Positions 39,710 through 52,739 of a stretch of 64,000 nt of DNA are shown here, piece by piece. Numbering within the stretch: position 1 is the first letter of the stretch; every line of letters starts with the position of its first letter. The stretch comes from Octopus sinensis (lineage: Eukaryota): NCBI RefSeq assembly GCF_006345805.1, contig NC_042997.1, forward strand, positions 53,134,001-53,198,000, read 5' to 3'. The position numbers and the translations under genes were made by a program. Under the pieces are notes generated by a model that was given only the letters and a program-made list of their open reading frames with translations, ran no database searches and was not told the DNA's origin.

Positions 39710-40645
39710 CATCATCATCATCATCATTATATAACGTCCGCTTTCCATGCTAGCATGGGTTGGACAATTTGACTGAGGTCTGGCAAACCAGATGCCTGCA
39801 CCAGGCTCCAGTCTGATCTGGCAGAGTTTCTACAGCTGGATGCCCTTCCTAATTCCAACCACTCCGAGGATGTAGTGGGTGCTTTTATGTTCCACTGGCA
39901 TGAGGGCCAGTCAGGCGGTACTGGCATGAGGGCCAGTCAGGCGGTACTGGCAACAGCCATGCTCAAATGGTGCTTTTTATGTGCCACCTGCACAGGAGCC
40001 AGTCCAGTGGCACTGGCAATGACCTTGCTTGAATATTTTTTCATGTGCCACCAGCACAAGTGCCAGTAAGGCAGTAAGTGCAGGTAACAATCACACTCGA
40101 ATGGTGCTCTTCATGTGCCACCGGCACAGAAGCCAGCCTCTTGCTCTGGCAACGATCAAGCTCGGATGGTACTCTTAGCGCTCCACTAGCATGCCAGTCA
40201 TCGAATTTGATTTCGATTTCACTTGCCTCAACAGGTCTTCGCAAGCAGAGTTTAGCGTCCAATCAAGGAAGGAGCCAATGAATAAGTGGGCTGGTTACAC
40301 CCCTGGCATAGGCCACAAGGTTATGGTCTCACTTGGCTTGCCGAATCTTCTAAAGCACAGCATATTTCCAAACGTCCCGGTCACTAGTCATTGCCTTGGT
40401 GAGGCCCAATGTTCGAAGGTCATGCATCACCACCTCATCCCAGGTCTTCTTGGGTCTACCTCTTCCACAGGTTCCCTCAACCGCTAGGGTGTGGCACACA
40501 GCTATCCACATCCATTCTCGCCACATGGCCATACCAGCGCAGTCATCTCTCTTGCACACCACATCTGATCCTTCTTAGGTCCAACTTTTCTCTCAAGGTA
40601 CTTACTCTCTGTCGAGTATGCACACTGACATTACACATCATATAA
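39710..40645 (-). mobile_element. 5'-truncated RTE LINE with (GAT)n tail
   Basis: ORF 40350..40562 VEGTCGRGRPKKTWDEVV..DL..LGL, with a 3'UTR shared by the copies at 44235, 54470 and 56990. Confidence 0.9.
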
Positions 40646-40649
40646 ATTA

Positions 40650-40728
40650 TATATAATATCTATCTATATATATATTATGTATATATATATGTATACATAT
40701 GATATATATATATATATTTATATATATA

Positions 40729-40776
<48 letters not shown>

Positions 40777-40812
40777 ATATATTATATATATATATATTAT
40801 ATATTATGTATA

Positions 40813-40869
<57 letters not shown>

Positions 40870-40875
40870 ATATAT

Positions 40876-40916
<41 letters not shown>

Positions 40917-41047
40917 ATATTATGTATATATATATTATATATATATATATATATTTTATATTATGTATATATATATATCATATATATGTATACATATTAT
41001 GTATGTATTTTATACATATTATGTATATATATTATATATATGTATAC

Positions 41048-41078
<31 letters not shown>

Positions 41079-41340
41079 TGATAGAAATGGCAAGACAACA
41101 AAAGAATGAAAGAGACCTCAATATTATGTAAATAGAGGAATTTATCTGTAAATATAATAAGTGGGAATTATTCGGTAACCATGATGAAACTCTGAGTTTC
41201 GGATGTCGGGCCAGAAACCCATGCCGGCATCTCTTCAGTTATAGGGCCATAAAAAAAAATGCTATGAAAATGACTGTTAAAACAAGGGAAATTACTTTGT
41301 TTTTTCTAGGTGTTGCAATTCTGGCCAAAACTTATCTAAG

Positions 41341-41374
<34 letters not shown>

Positions 41375-41597
41375 TTATATATATACATATATATATATAC
41401 ATATATATTATACATATATATATATATACATATATATAATACACATATATATATATACATATATATATATACATATATATATATACATATTATATATACA
41501 TATATATATATACACATATATATATACACATATATATATATACATATATATATATATAATATATATATATACATATATATATATACATATATATATA

Positions 41598-41652
<55 letters not shown>

Positions 41653-41775
41653 CATATATATTATACATATATATATATACATATATATACATATATATAT
41701 ACATATATATATATATATGTATATATATATTATACATATATATATATTACATATATATTATATATATATATATGT
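40650..41775. repeat. Two large degenerate (TA)n/(TACA)n microsatellite blocks (40650-41080, 41340-41775)
   Basis: Near-pure AT dinucleotide sequence. Confidence 0.95.
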
Positions 41776-42033
41776 ATCATGAGGGCACATAACCTAGTGG
41801 TTAGGGTGTGCAAGATCATGCTTTCACTACATGGACCAGGTAGTGCATTGTATTCTATGTATTCTAGAGCAAAACACTTAATCTAACATTGCTCTTTGAT
41901 CATTCCAACATCTAATGCATGGTACACTGTGCAGCTGTTTAGACTATGATTTGATGAAAGGAGTGGGCTAATGTGCAGCATATACATTTGATAAACAAAT
42001 CATTTGTGCAAGTTGTTTAGTAAAAACTGAACA

Positions 42034-42069
<36 letters not shown>

Positions 42070-42444
42070 GTTTTATAAATACTATTTTGTAACTATAAGT
42101 TAATACTATTTATTTAATTTGATGTTGTTTGTAGTAATAAGCAGGTGTTGGAGTAATGGACATACTTTGTTAAAGTTTCACTCTTGCTGATTTCTTTTGA
42201 TTCCTGGGCAGTGTTTTTTATGTTTTCAATGCTATTGACACTGTCAGACTGAAAGGGGTTGAAACCGATGATGGGAATGTATATTTGATATGCATGTTTG
42301 TGATTTTTTTGTCTTGGAAGTTTCGTTATTCTGAGTTGTCCTTCATTCTTGTAAAGTTCAAAGTGTTTGTGGGTTCATGGTTTACAGTGATTACTTATAT
42401 TGATATTGGTTGATTCAGTTCATAGACAATCTTATTAGGCTTCG

Positions 42445-42477
<33 letters not shown>

Positions 42478-43127
42478 ATAATATATATATATAATTAAGA
42501 GAAATAACCTCTATTAAGTAATTCAATAGTGATAGACTTTATCTATATCATATAAAAAATTTAAATATACTATAATAAGTATTATTCAAAAAATCACTGA
42601 ATTAAATAAACATTAAATTGACTATGCACGTTTCGTGACTATATCTTTAAATCGATAATAATAAAATCAATACTATTAAAATTAACCTGATTTAAAAATA
42701 TAGCCACTCTTCATTAATATTGTTATATTTTCTTTGGTTATTTATAGTTAAGAAACGTTTATTTCTGTATATATTTATATATGTTAAGATACATACATTT
42801 AATTTATTATTATTTTAGACCTGAAGAGTGGCTATATTTTTAAATCAAATTAATTTTAAATTGAACTGAAATACAGTATATATGTGTGTGTGTTTATATA
42901 TACTGTATATGTATATATATACATATACTGTATGTAACCATTACACACATTTTTTTTCTCTCCTTGTTTTTTACTGTGTCCCTTTCTGTAAAAGAGCGTA
43001 GGCTCGAAACGTAAAAGACTTTTTCAATTCCTGAGCGTTATACTAATACATCTGTTTGTTTTCTACACCAACTGTCTTCATCTTTTATTTTTTTCGTGTA
43101 CTATCCCTATATATATATATATATATA

Positions 43128-43633
43128 CCATATATCCTCAAGTATAATCCGCATTTTTTCCCAAAATTTAAAAGTCAAAATTCCTAATGTGTACTATATA
43201 CGAGGTAAAAATGAAAATTATTTTGTCATCAATGTCCGAGTCTCAATTTGCTGTCCAGCAATGTTTATTCAGATGCATTTTGTGATGTCGGGCCCGAAAA
43301 TACCTTAAGTTAAGCCTGAAAGCCACGAGGTCATAAAAGAATCATCCATAACTTGCAATAAGCAACATTTATTAAACGTTATTCCTGTTATTTCTTTATT
43401 TTCTGCAAACAAAATGCCCAAAAAAGCTACATGTTTGCATCATGTTATGTATACAATAATAATAAAGGATGTTACCGTATACATTTTTACAAACCAAGCA
43501 AGTTGTATAGACCTCCTTGACTCAAGAGAAGGGGTGCGTATTATACACAAGGTTTAGGTTTTTTAGAGGTACAGCCCCCTAAAAATCCCCTGCGTATTAT
43601 ACTCAAGGGCCGACTATACTTGAGGATTTACAG
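43128..43633. mobile_element. pogo/Tc2-type MITE
   Basis: TIRs (TA)CCATATATCCTCAAGTATA / TATACTTGAGGATTTACAG(TA). Confidence 0.7.
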
Positions 43634-44234
43634 TATATATATATAAATATATATATATACTGTATATATATGTATGTATATATATATGTATATATAGGGA
43701 GTATTGTATTTCGCTTGAAGCATTGTGCATTGTTTGTATGGTACAACAATGCACTATAATACAAAAAAATGAACTATATACCTGTTGTAATGTAGTTATC
43801 TGATGATATTTTGGAATAAAATTCCTTCTTCAGATATTCTTAGACGGAGTTACTGCCATATATATAATAATATATATATATACTGTATATATATGTATGT
43901 ATATATATATGTATATATAGGGAGTATTGTATTTCGCTTGAAGCATTGTGCATTGTTTGTATGGTACAACAATGCACTATAATACAAAAAAATGAACTAT
44001 ATACCTGTTGTAATGTAGTTATCTGATGATATTTTGGAATAAAATTCCTTCTTCAGATATTCTTAGACGGAGTTACTGCCATATATATAATAATTATATA
44101 TATATAATAAGAATATCTGAAGATGGAATTTTATTCCGAAATATCATTGGACTATGAATAACTAAATTACAACAGGTATATCGTCCATTTTTTATATTAT
44201 AGTGCATTGTTGTACCATTCAAAACTTTTTATAT

Positions 44235-44690
44235 ATATATATCATCATCATCGTTTAACGTCCGCTTTCCATGCTGATGGTTTGACTGAGGACTGGCAAG
44301 CCAGATTGATGCACCAGACTCTAATCTGATCTGGCAGAGTTTCTACAGCTGGATGCCCTTCCTAATACCAACCACTCCGAGAGTGTAGTGGGTGCTTTTA
44401 CGTGCCTCTGGCATGATGGCCAGATAGGCGGTACTGGCAACAACCATGCTTAAATCGTGTTTTTACATGTATCCACACAGGAGCCAGTCCAGTGGCACTG
44501 GCAACGACCTCATTCCAATGTTGTCTTTCATGTGCCACTGGCACAAGTAGTATGGTGACGCTGGTAATGATCACACATGAATGGTGCTTTTTACGTGCCC
44601 CCAGCACAGAAGCCAGTCAGCAGCCCTGGCAACGATCATGTTCGGATGGTGCTTTTAGCGCTCCACTAGGACGGATGCTAGTCAAGAATC
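44235..44690 (-). mobile_element. RTE 3'UTR fragment
   Basis: catcatcatcgtttaacgtccgctttccatgc start, and the ggatgcccttcctaa motif shared with the 39710 copy. Confidence 0.8.
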
Positions 44691-44717
44691 ATGTATAAAT
44701 ATATATATATATATATA

Positions 44718-45198
44718 TCTTTCTCTATATAAACGGCAGTTTGTCTGTCAGGTTGTACCCTCACCCTGACCATGGCTTTCAACCGATTCTGATGAAACTT
44801 GACACACACATAGCCCAATGTCATAATTCAAAATTAAAGCAGCAAAAATTTTGAAAAGTTCCCGCAGTTCTGAAAAAAATCGATAAATTCGACATGGGGT
44901 CGAGAATCTAAACTCTTTATGTGCAACACATTTTCTATTGTAATTTTCGCAACTTGCAATCGATTTTCACCAAACTCATGGTGAAGCTTAATGTTACCCT
45001 AAAAAACTTAATTCTGATGTTAGTTTTCCATGCAATACCTTACCATCAGAAAAAATACACAGAAGTATTCGAGTGAAGAGAAGACATTGCAACCTACACA
45101 TGTGCCTTCGTTCCCTAGAGCGAAAGGACTAGATTGGGATTAGTCGTTGCCTACTAGGGGCTCTTACATACCCGGACAACGCCGGGCTATGCTGCTAG
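44718..45198 (+). mobile_element. Non-autonomous Helitron
   Basis: 5' A|TC start, subterminal hairpin cccggacaacgccggg (45171-45186), and 3' CTAG|T end. Confidence 0.75.
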
Positions 45199-45519
45199 TA
45201 TATATATATATATGTATATATATAGGGAGAGAATTTACAAAAAAAACAAAGGATGAAGACAGGTGGTGTAGACAACAAACAGATGTATTAGTATAATGCT
45301 TGGGAAGTGAAAAAGTCTTTAACGTTTCAAGCCTGCGCTCTTCCACAGAAAGGAACACAGAAAGAAACAAGGAGAAAAAATAAAGAATGTGTAGTGGCTA
45401 GCGATCTATCATGTTTATTATATGTCAAGGCAGATTGTAGTATGATGCCTGTGTACATACACCTATGTTGCATGGCATTGAAACATGAGCTCCAACAACA
45501 GAAAACTTGCAAAGGCCTG

Positions 45520-46200
45520 AAAGAAATGAAGCTAGTATGTTCCACCGAATGGGCAATGTCAGTGTACATGCATGACAGAGTGCAAATGATTTAAGACAAA
45601 AACTGGCATCAGATGTGTGTAAGAGAGAAGATTGTGCTGGTTTGGTGATGTGATGCATATGGATGAGGAAAGCTACTTAAAGAAGTGCTGATCTGTAATT
45701 GTGGAGGGTACCTGTGGAAGGAATAGACCCAGGAAGATGTAGGATGAAGTAGTGAAAAATGATCTTCAGATGCTGGGCCTCACTGAGGAAATGACATAGG
45801 ACTGGGAGTTGTGGTGATTTGCTGTACTCAAGAAGATGCATCAAGCTAAGTAAATTTGTAGTCATTCATGCATACAGGCATGTCCTTTGCAAGTGCCAGT
45901 GCCACATAAAATGCACTCATGCATTTTTACAGGGCCAATACCAGTGCCATGTAAAATGCATGAATGCTGGTGCTGCATAAATGCATTCATGCTGATGCCA
46001 TGTAGATGCACCTGTGCCCGTAGCATGTAAAAAGTACCCAACGCATTCTGTAAAGTGGTTGGCATTAGGAAGGGCATCCAGCTGTAGAAACCATACTAAA
46101 ACAGTTAACTGGGGTCTGGATTGCTCACTGGCTAGCCTATTCCTATCAAACCATGCCAGCATGGTACATGGACAGTAAACAATGAAGATGATGATGATGA
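45520..46200 (+). mobile_element. 5'-truncated RTE LINE
   Basis: LCWFGDVMHM, gtggagggtacctgtggaagg (VEGTCG), the ggttggcattaggaagggcatcc motif and a (GAT)n tail at about 46190. Confidence 0.8.
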
Positions 46201-48112
46201 TATATATGCATATACTTATTTTATTTGTATCATTTAAAAAATTTAGAGTCTTAATATATTTGTTGCACATCTTTTATCTCACTCTACTGTTAAATATCTT
46301 TAACTATATAAAGGCAATTATGTGAATAAAATTAAATATAAACAACTTGGCTTAGATATACAAAATATATATGTGCAGGTGTGGCTGTGTGGTAAGGAGC
46401 TTGCTTCCCAACCACATGGTTCTGGGTTCAGTCCCACTGTGTCGCACCTTGGGCAAGTGTCTTCTACTATAGCCCCAGGCTGGCCAAAGCCTTGTGAGTG
46501 GATTTGGTAGACAGAAACTGAAAGAAGCCCATTGTATATATATAAATATATATATATGTTTGTTTGTTCCCCCTCTGCCACTTGACAACTGACTTTGGTG
46601 TGTTTACAACCTTGTAACTTAGTGGCTCAGCATAGGAGACTGATAGAATAAGTACTAGGCTTACAAAGAATAAGTCCTGGGGTCGATTTGTTTGACTAAA
46701 GGCAGTATTCCAGCATGGGCAGTCAAATGAAAGAATATCTATACAAGCAATAAGAAAGCAAAGACTGAAGACTTTCAGGCGATGAATATTTAAGTTTAAA
46801 AATATAGATATTTATATTAATAAATCAAACTTATACAGAGTACAAATGACAGAGAAAATTACAGAAAATGAGGTAAGGTGTTTTAATCCAGCAGCTGATT
46901 TTGGGGGCTCATAGTTCTATCATGTTGGTAGATGTAGTTCACCATAATATACAGGCTATAATGGAAGCAAATAAACATTGGATAAATTGAGCCTCCATCA
47001 TCAGGGTACAAAAAATCTTACACTTCAGATCTTATATTCCACCTCTAAAATTCTCTGCATCATGATTTTTTCTACCTGGTGACAGAGGCTTGATTTATTC
47101 AATACTTTTTCACTTCCATTACAGCCTGCATATTGGGTTGAACTACATCTACCAATATTATGATGGCTCTCTGAGCTCTCAGAAACAGCTGTTGAGTTAT
47201 AACACTTTGCCTATTCACCTTTAATTTTCTGTTGTTTGTACTCTGTGCGAGTTTGATCTATTAATATAAATATCTATATATTTACACTTAAATATTCGTC
47301 TGAAAGTTATCAATTTTTGATTTCTTTCTGTTTGCATGTATACATATTTCATATATCTAACCCAAGCTGTTATATTTAATTTGTTTATCTGCATAATTAC
47401 TTCTATATCTGCTCACCTTGATTCCACTTATCATCACTCTTTACCCCTTGAAATTGGACATCAGAGTCTAATTTCGAATCATTTGAGTGCCATTAAGTAT
47501 TTTCTTTATCGAGAATCTCTGGATTTCATCTGTTGACTATATATCTAACTATATATATATATATGTGTGTGTGTGTATTGTGTAATTATATATATGTGTG
47601 TGTGTGTGTGTATAACTGCATTTACATCTATTTGTAACATGCATACATTAATAAATTCTGGTGGCAAAACTAAAAAAAATAATTGTTATTACATATTAAA
47701 TTTGTTTTTGAAGCATTGAAATGTATTGTAGAACAAGTAGAAAGATATGCCAGCAATTTTTTCTGTTCTCAAAAGGATTTTGTCCTTTATATATACTGTT
47801 CAGTATTTATGTTTTGAAAAAAATTGTTATTAATAGAGCGTTGAATGGCAGAAAAGGTAGATTGAGGGATTAACTTTCTTCCAAATTTCAATCACATGAA
47901 AGTTAGCTTTGCTTCTCATTCAATAAAGTAACTGTCAAGTACTTGAAGGTTAATCTAATCAATTGTTCCCCTCACCTCAAATTTGTGGTCTTATGTTTGT
48001 GTTAAAAATCATTATTGTTAAAGGTGCAAGGTAGAATTCATAAAGTATCAGAACAATGCATTTCAGTATTTTTTTTTGCATCATTTTATGTTCTTATACT
48101 GGAATGAAGGCA

Positions 48113-48330
48113 GCGAGTTGGCAGAAACGTTTGCACTCCAGTCGAAATGCTTAGCAGTATTTCGTCTGCCATTACGTTCCGAGTTCAAATTCCACCGAGG
48201 TTGACTTTGCCTTTCATCCTTTCAGGGTCGATTAAATAAGTACCAGTTAATCACTGGGGTCAATGTAATCAACTTAAACCCCTTGTCTGTCCCCTCTATG
48301 TTTAGCCCCTTGTGGGCAATTAAGAAATAT
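48113..48330 (+). mobile_element. Family-A SINE with 17-bp TSD
   Basis: atactggaatg(a/g)aggca at 48096-48112 and 48331-48347. Confidence 0.88.
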
Positions 48331-48399
48331 ATACTGGAATGGAGGCAAGAATAATTAGAAAGGTTGCTATGAAAATGGTAGAAAAAAAAAGAGAATTTT

Positions 48400-50070
48400 A
48401 AAATATGCTGACATCAACTTTGTCTTTTCTGTGAATGGCAACTGAATTATTTACTCTCTAAAAGATCATTTTCCAATGCCAACTTTTCATTACAACTTCA
48501 GCGAGTATGGTAAAAGCAATGCTTTGCAGACTTCTGAAACAAGACTGAGATATGGCCAGAATTATCTCCCATACTTGCCAAAAACTTTAGTTATTGAATA
48601 ATATAATTTTTATTCCTTGGTTTTTATTTTGAGGTTCACAGTATTTAATTTCATAACAGGAAGAGACCTATGGTTAAAGGTATTTTTCTTGGCATATCTC
48701 TTATTTTTCGACAATTTATTTTAGACATCAAGTTGCAGTTTGACTGAGACTTGGCTGCTATTTAGAGCAGGTTGAAGCTGCCTATGGGTTTTTATTGGAA
48801 TGTAGAATTACACATGTATCTCATCTAATAATTAGGAGTGAAACTTAGTTTAGCATTAAAAAATCGTATTATATGTAAGGAAGACTTGTTTGATAAACAA
48901 TGAGAAGGATAAGCATGGATAAATGAATCAGGAGCAGTGTACAGTGAAGAATTTAGCATATTTATGGCTCTTTCATAAGGATTCTGTTCTCAGTTCTTTC
49001 TCTTTAATCATTGCTTTTGAGGCAATCTCAAATTAAACTATAAATCCTTGTTTTCTGACAATATGTTCCTACTGTACAATAATCATGTCTGACTTATTTC
49101 TCTTGAAAGATGTTAAGGGCTTTTTCATAGAGCCAGAACATAGTTTGTAGAAGTTGTCTAGATTCCCTTATGGGTGGGGTGGGGGCTTTCTTGGCAGATT
49201 AAGCAAGTGTGAAGGGTTATACTTCAGCTTTGTGGGGAGTCAGCAATTGATCAAAGCTGAAGTATTTTTTAACTTAAAAGGGAAGGAGTGGTCCTCAGCA
49301 TTAAGCTTTAGTTATGTATGTAGGTTCAATAAGAAAGTCAGTAATTACAAGATCAAGCACTTATGACTTTGAGGGTTATAAATATATGTTGTCAATGACA
49401 AAAGAGTGTGAGGTACAAAATTGTTTACTGGATTGCCATTAACCTTTTGTGAAAAGTTGAAGGATGATAAGTATTAGCCTCTATGTAGAAGTGAGCATTA
49501 TTGCAAGTAATAGTAAAGCTGCTATCAAATATACAAGAGAAAGAGTAGCTGCTGTGTGTGTCTGGATAATCAAGCCTTTAGTTACATCAAAATTGATAGA
49601 TTGGGTTAGAAAACTGTTACTGTACATAGCAATATTGACAGCAAATTTCAAATCTAAGATGAAACCCATATGCAAGAAATTAAATCAAGAAATTCTTGTA
49701 CCAGACAGTCAAAGGTTTTGCTTATGCCATGTGCAGTGACATTACTTATAAGGTATGGGACAGAGGAAAGTAAATTGCATGTACATCTTGCTCTACAGAA
49801 ACTATACAAATAGTTATCAAGAAAAGAAAGAGACTCAAAGCACTGGAGAAATTTATTTTTGAAGAACGCCTCCTGAAAATGAAAAGTAATGAATAAAATA
49901 GAGCAATAGTTCTGTAGTTGTTAAGGTTAGAGAAGTTGCCTTTCTTGAGATTGGGACATTTTACCAGGTATCTAAAGACTGGAAGATATCTATAAAATGA
50001 AAGATTGAAGTTTGGCAAGACCAAGAGATAGCTCTAGAGCACATTCAGGTCTTGGACATGTTAGTTTCAA
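48400..50070 (-). mobile_element. Decayed LINE reverse-transcriptase region (CR1/Jockey-group)
   Basis: ORF 49746..50024 contains PNLKKGNFSNLNNYRTIAL, matching the P.PKKG....P.NYRPIAL RT N-terminal motif. Confidence 0.6.
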
Positions 50071-51603
50071 GTGAGAGTTGGTGTTCTGTTACATAGCACA
50101 CACACTTCAATAAAAAAAATGTACTCCATCTGGTGAGAGAAATATTATTTAATGGTCACAATACATGTATTAAAGTGCTACTAATAGTTTCATATGTTGA
50201 GAGAACTCAAACATATTTTCAGGAGCAAACCACATACAATGAACTAAATAATTGAATAAATAGAAGGAAGGCAGCATATAGAAAATGCAGACAGTAAACT
50301 AAGAAAAATGAAACTAAAACGTCAAAAGGTAAAAAGTGCTATTGTCCTTAATAAGGTTGGAAAGATATCAAGTCAGGAAAAGGCAGAATTTTCCAATTCT
50401 TCAGAATATATTTATACATATGCATGCAACCACTAATTCCTAACTCTACTGAACTCCAGGTCAGAAATTTTCAGTAGTTACATGCATATGTATAAATATA
50501 TTCAGATGAATTGGAAAATTCCACCTATTCCTGATTGACTTGATATCTTTCCAGCCTTATCATTTAAGGCCAAAGGAGGATAGCACTTTTTACCTCTTGA
50601 CACTTTAGTTTCGTTTTTTGTTTACTGTCTGAGTTTTCTATATGCTGCCTTCTCAGCTTCATCGTGTTTCTTCTATTTATACAATATTTTTGTTATGATA
50701 TGTGGTTTGCACCTGAAGAACATGTTTGAGTTATCTCAACACATCAAACTATTAGTAGCACTTTAATACATATATTGTGACCTTTAAATAATTTATATAT
50801 ATATATAATTGTGTGTAAAGGCATATGGCCTAGTGGTTAGTTAACTTTGACCGACATCTCTTGCTATCATGTATTCTCATTTAGCCACTCACAAATAGTA
50901 CCTTCATGCTTCTTTTTCAGTAATGGTAAGGGTGAATTCATTCTGAATCCATTTCTCCAATGACGTCTTGACTTTCTATGGCACAGTCTGACACTCCAAC
51001 AAAGATCTGATGCTTACAACACAAACCATGTGCAAATCCACTACTCTTGTAATCATACATGATAACCTAGCTTTATAACTTTGTAATGCTTGTTGCTCCC
51101 CCTTTCCTTCCAGTGTGAGTGGATAGACAACACACAACCCATAATTATCTATAAATATAAGTTGTCTCCTGATCGATATAGGAGACAACTGGTGTCACAA
51201 ATCTGAAATTACAATTTGGTAAATGTATCATATATACCCCAGTACAATAAATAAAACATTCAATTATTTACATTCTGTCCATAGAGTCAAAGAAGGCATT
51301 CCAGTTACACTAATAAACTTTCTACTTGCATTATAAAGCTCTCAAAGACTTGTTTGAACATTTGATTACTAGCTGGACAGTTTGTGCTGGCTATGGTTCT
51401 TCTTAATCTCTTCCCATAAAAGACTAATGCCCTTACCAAAATTCCCAATAAAACTGATTTACATTGATGGTCCAAAAAAATTGTTTTCTTAGCTCTAAAA
51501 GTTTCAAACAAGATTTTAAGTGTCATAACTTTGTTATATAAAAAAAAAAACCCAAAAAGTTATTAAATGCAAATTTTAAGTTTCTAGATACAATCATGTC
51601 TTG

Positions 51604-51638
<35 letters not shown>

Positions 51639-52208
51639 ATTTTTAAGGGAAAACCCATTTGACAATATATTGGTTTCAATTGATAATCATGGAAAGTAAA
51701 TGGTATTCTGTGCTTAATGGTTGAATGAAAACAATCTGCAAACTTCTGTAAGCTCTTGATAAGTATAATAATAAAAGCAAACATGCATTGAAGGGCACAC
51801 ATTAGTTGGCACATTTAAAACAGGACAATAAATAATTGTAATAGAACAGGATTAAAATATAAAATTAATATTTACACTGCAATTATAACCAGGTAGGAGT
51901 TTTAGCAGGAAAATTACTGGAGGAGAGTGATGTGTGATTACAAGGAAGAAAAGAATGAAGGAATTAAGCTTTTACCTACTTTATGTAACTAATTAAAATC
52001 CTCACCATCATTAATAAAATACAACCTGAACTATAAAACCCATTTTACAACTTGAAAATTGATTCATCATCATAACCAGATAAATATATTGCATCAAAAT
52101 TTTCAATAGGAAGAGAATTCAAACAAATTAAAATTTAAATTGAACATCTTTCAGTTACGTGAAAAAAAATACTAAGTAGGAACTAAGATTATAATTAGTT
52201 TTATCCAA

Positions 52209-52452
52209 TTTATTTGTATTCAAATATTAAAAAACAAATTTTAAATACATTAACCAAAAAGTAATACCTTTGACAACAGAGGAAAAAAAATGTTCCACTT
52301 TCTTGTCAGTAATTGGCTTCTATAAATAGTTATCTCAAAGGTTGAATGAAAATGGATACAGATGCAAAACTATTTTATCACTGTTATAAAGAAACCAACT
52401 TGATAATTTTAAGAGGGCAGAAAAAGAGAAAGAATAAGTAGAAAGATTTATT
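52209..52452 (-). promoter_or_regulatory. Candidate AATAAA polyadenylation signals of the short GRP94 transcript (52447-52452, 52209-52214)
   Basis: Plus-strand TTTATT hexamers about 260 and 500 nt downstream of the stop. The motif is common in AT-rich DNA, so support is weak. Confidence 0.35.
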
Positions 52453-52712
52453 CACAAAGAATGATGTGTACACTTTCAATTCACTTCAGGCATAACAGTT
52501 TCACATGAAAAAAAATACAGAAACAAACAGAGAAAAGTCCTCTCAAAAAATGAAATGATATTTGACAGCAATATTTGATTTGATGAAGTATTAGTGAATT
52601 CTCCAAGGTAGTTGATAGGTGGTACTTGGTGGTAATAGGAAATTTCACACTTGTCAGGAACAACAGCTGCCAACTTTGTTAGTGTGAACAGAATAATTCC
52701 TCTTCAATGAGG

Positions 52713-52739
52713 TTATAATTCATCTGAATGATGGGATAC
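52713..52739 (-). CDS. HSP90B1: Endoplasmin/GRP94 terminal coding exon VSHHSDEL* (KDEL-like ER retrieval signal)
   Basis: Acceptor cttttcattttatCAG followed by GTA TCC CAT CAT TCA GAT GAA TTA TAA. Phase 0 matches the previous donor. SDEL fits the [KRHQSA]-[DENQ]-E-L pattern. Confidence 0.85.
   Translation of the reverse strand, partial: VSHHSDEL

Noticed and set aside
42930-45420. Inverted pair of a short repeat (42930-43110 and 45240-45420) with GAGC-GTAG-GCTC-GAAAC as a hammerhead
   Set aside because: Stem II and GAAAC are present, but the upstream core reads CTGTAAAA/CTGTGGAA rather than CUGANGA. Not called as a ribozyme.
51305-51814. Short minus-strand ORFs downstream of the GRP94 stop
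   Set aside because: No recognisable homology or splice context. Probably 3'UTR or flank noise.
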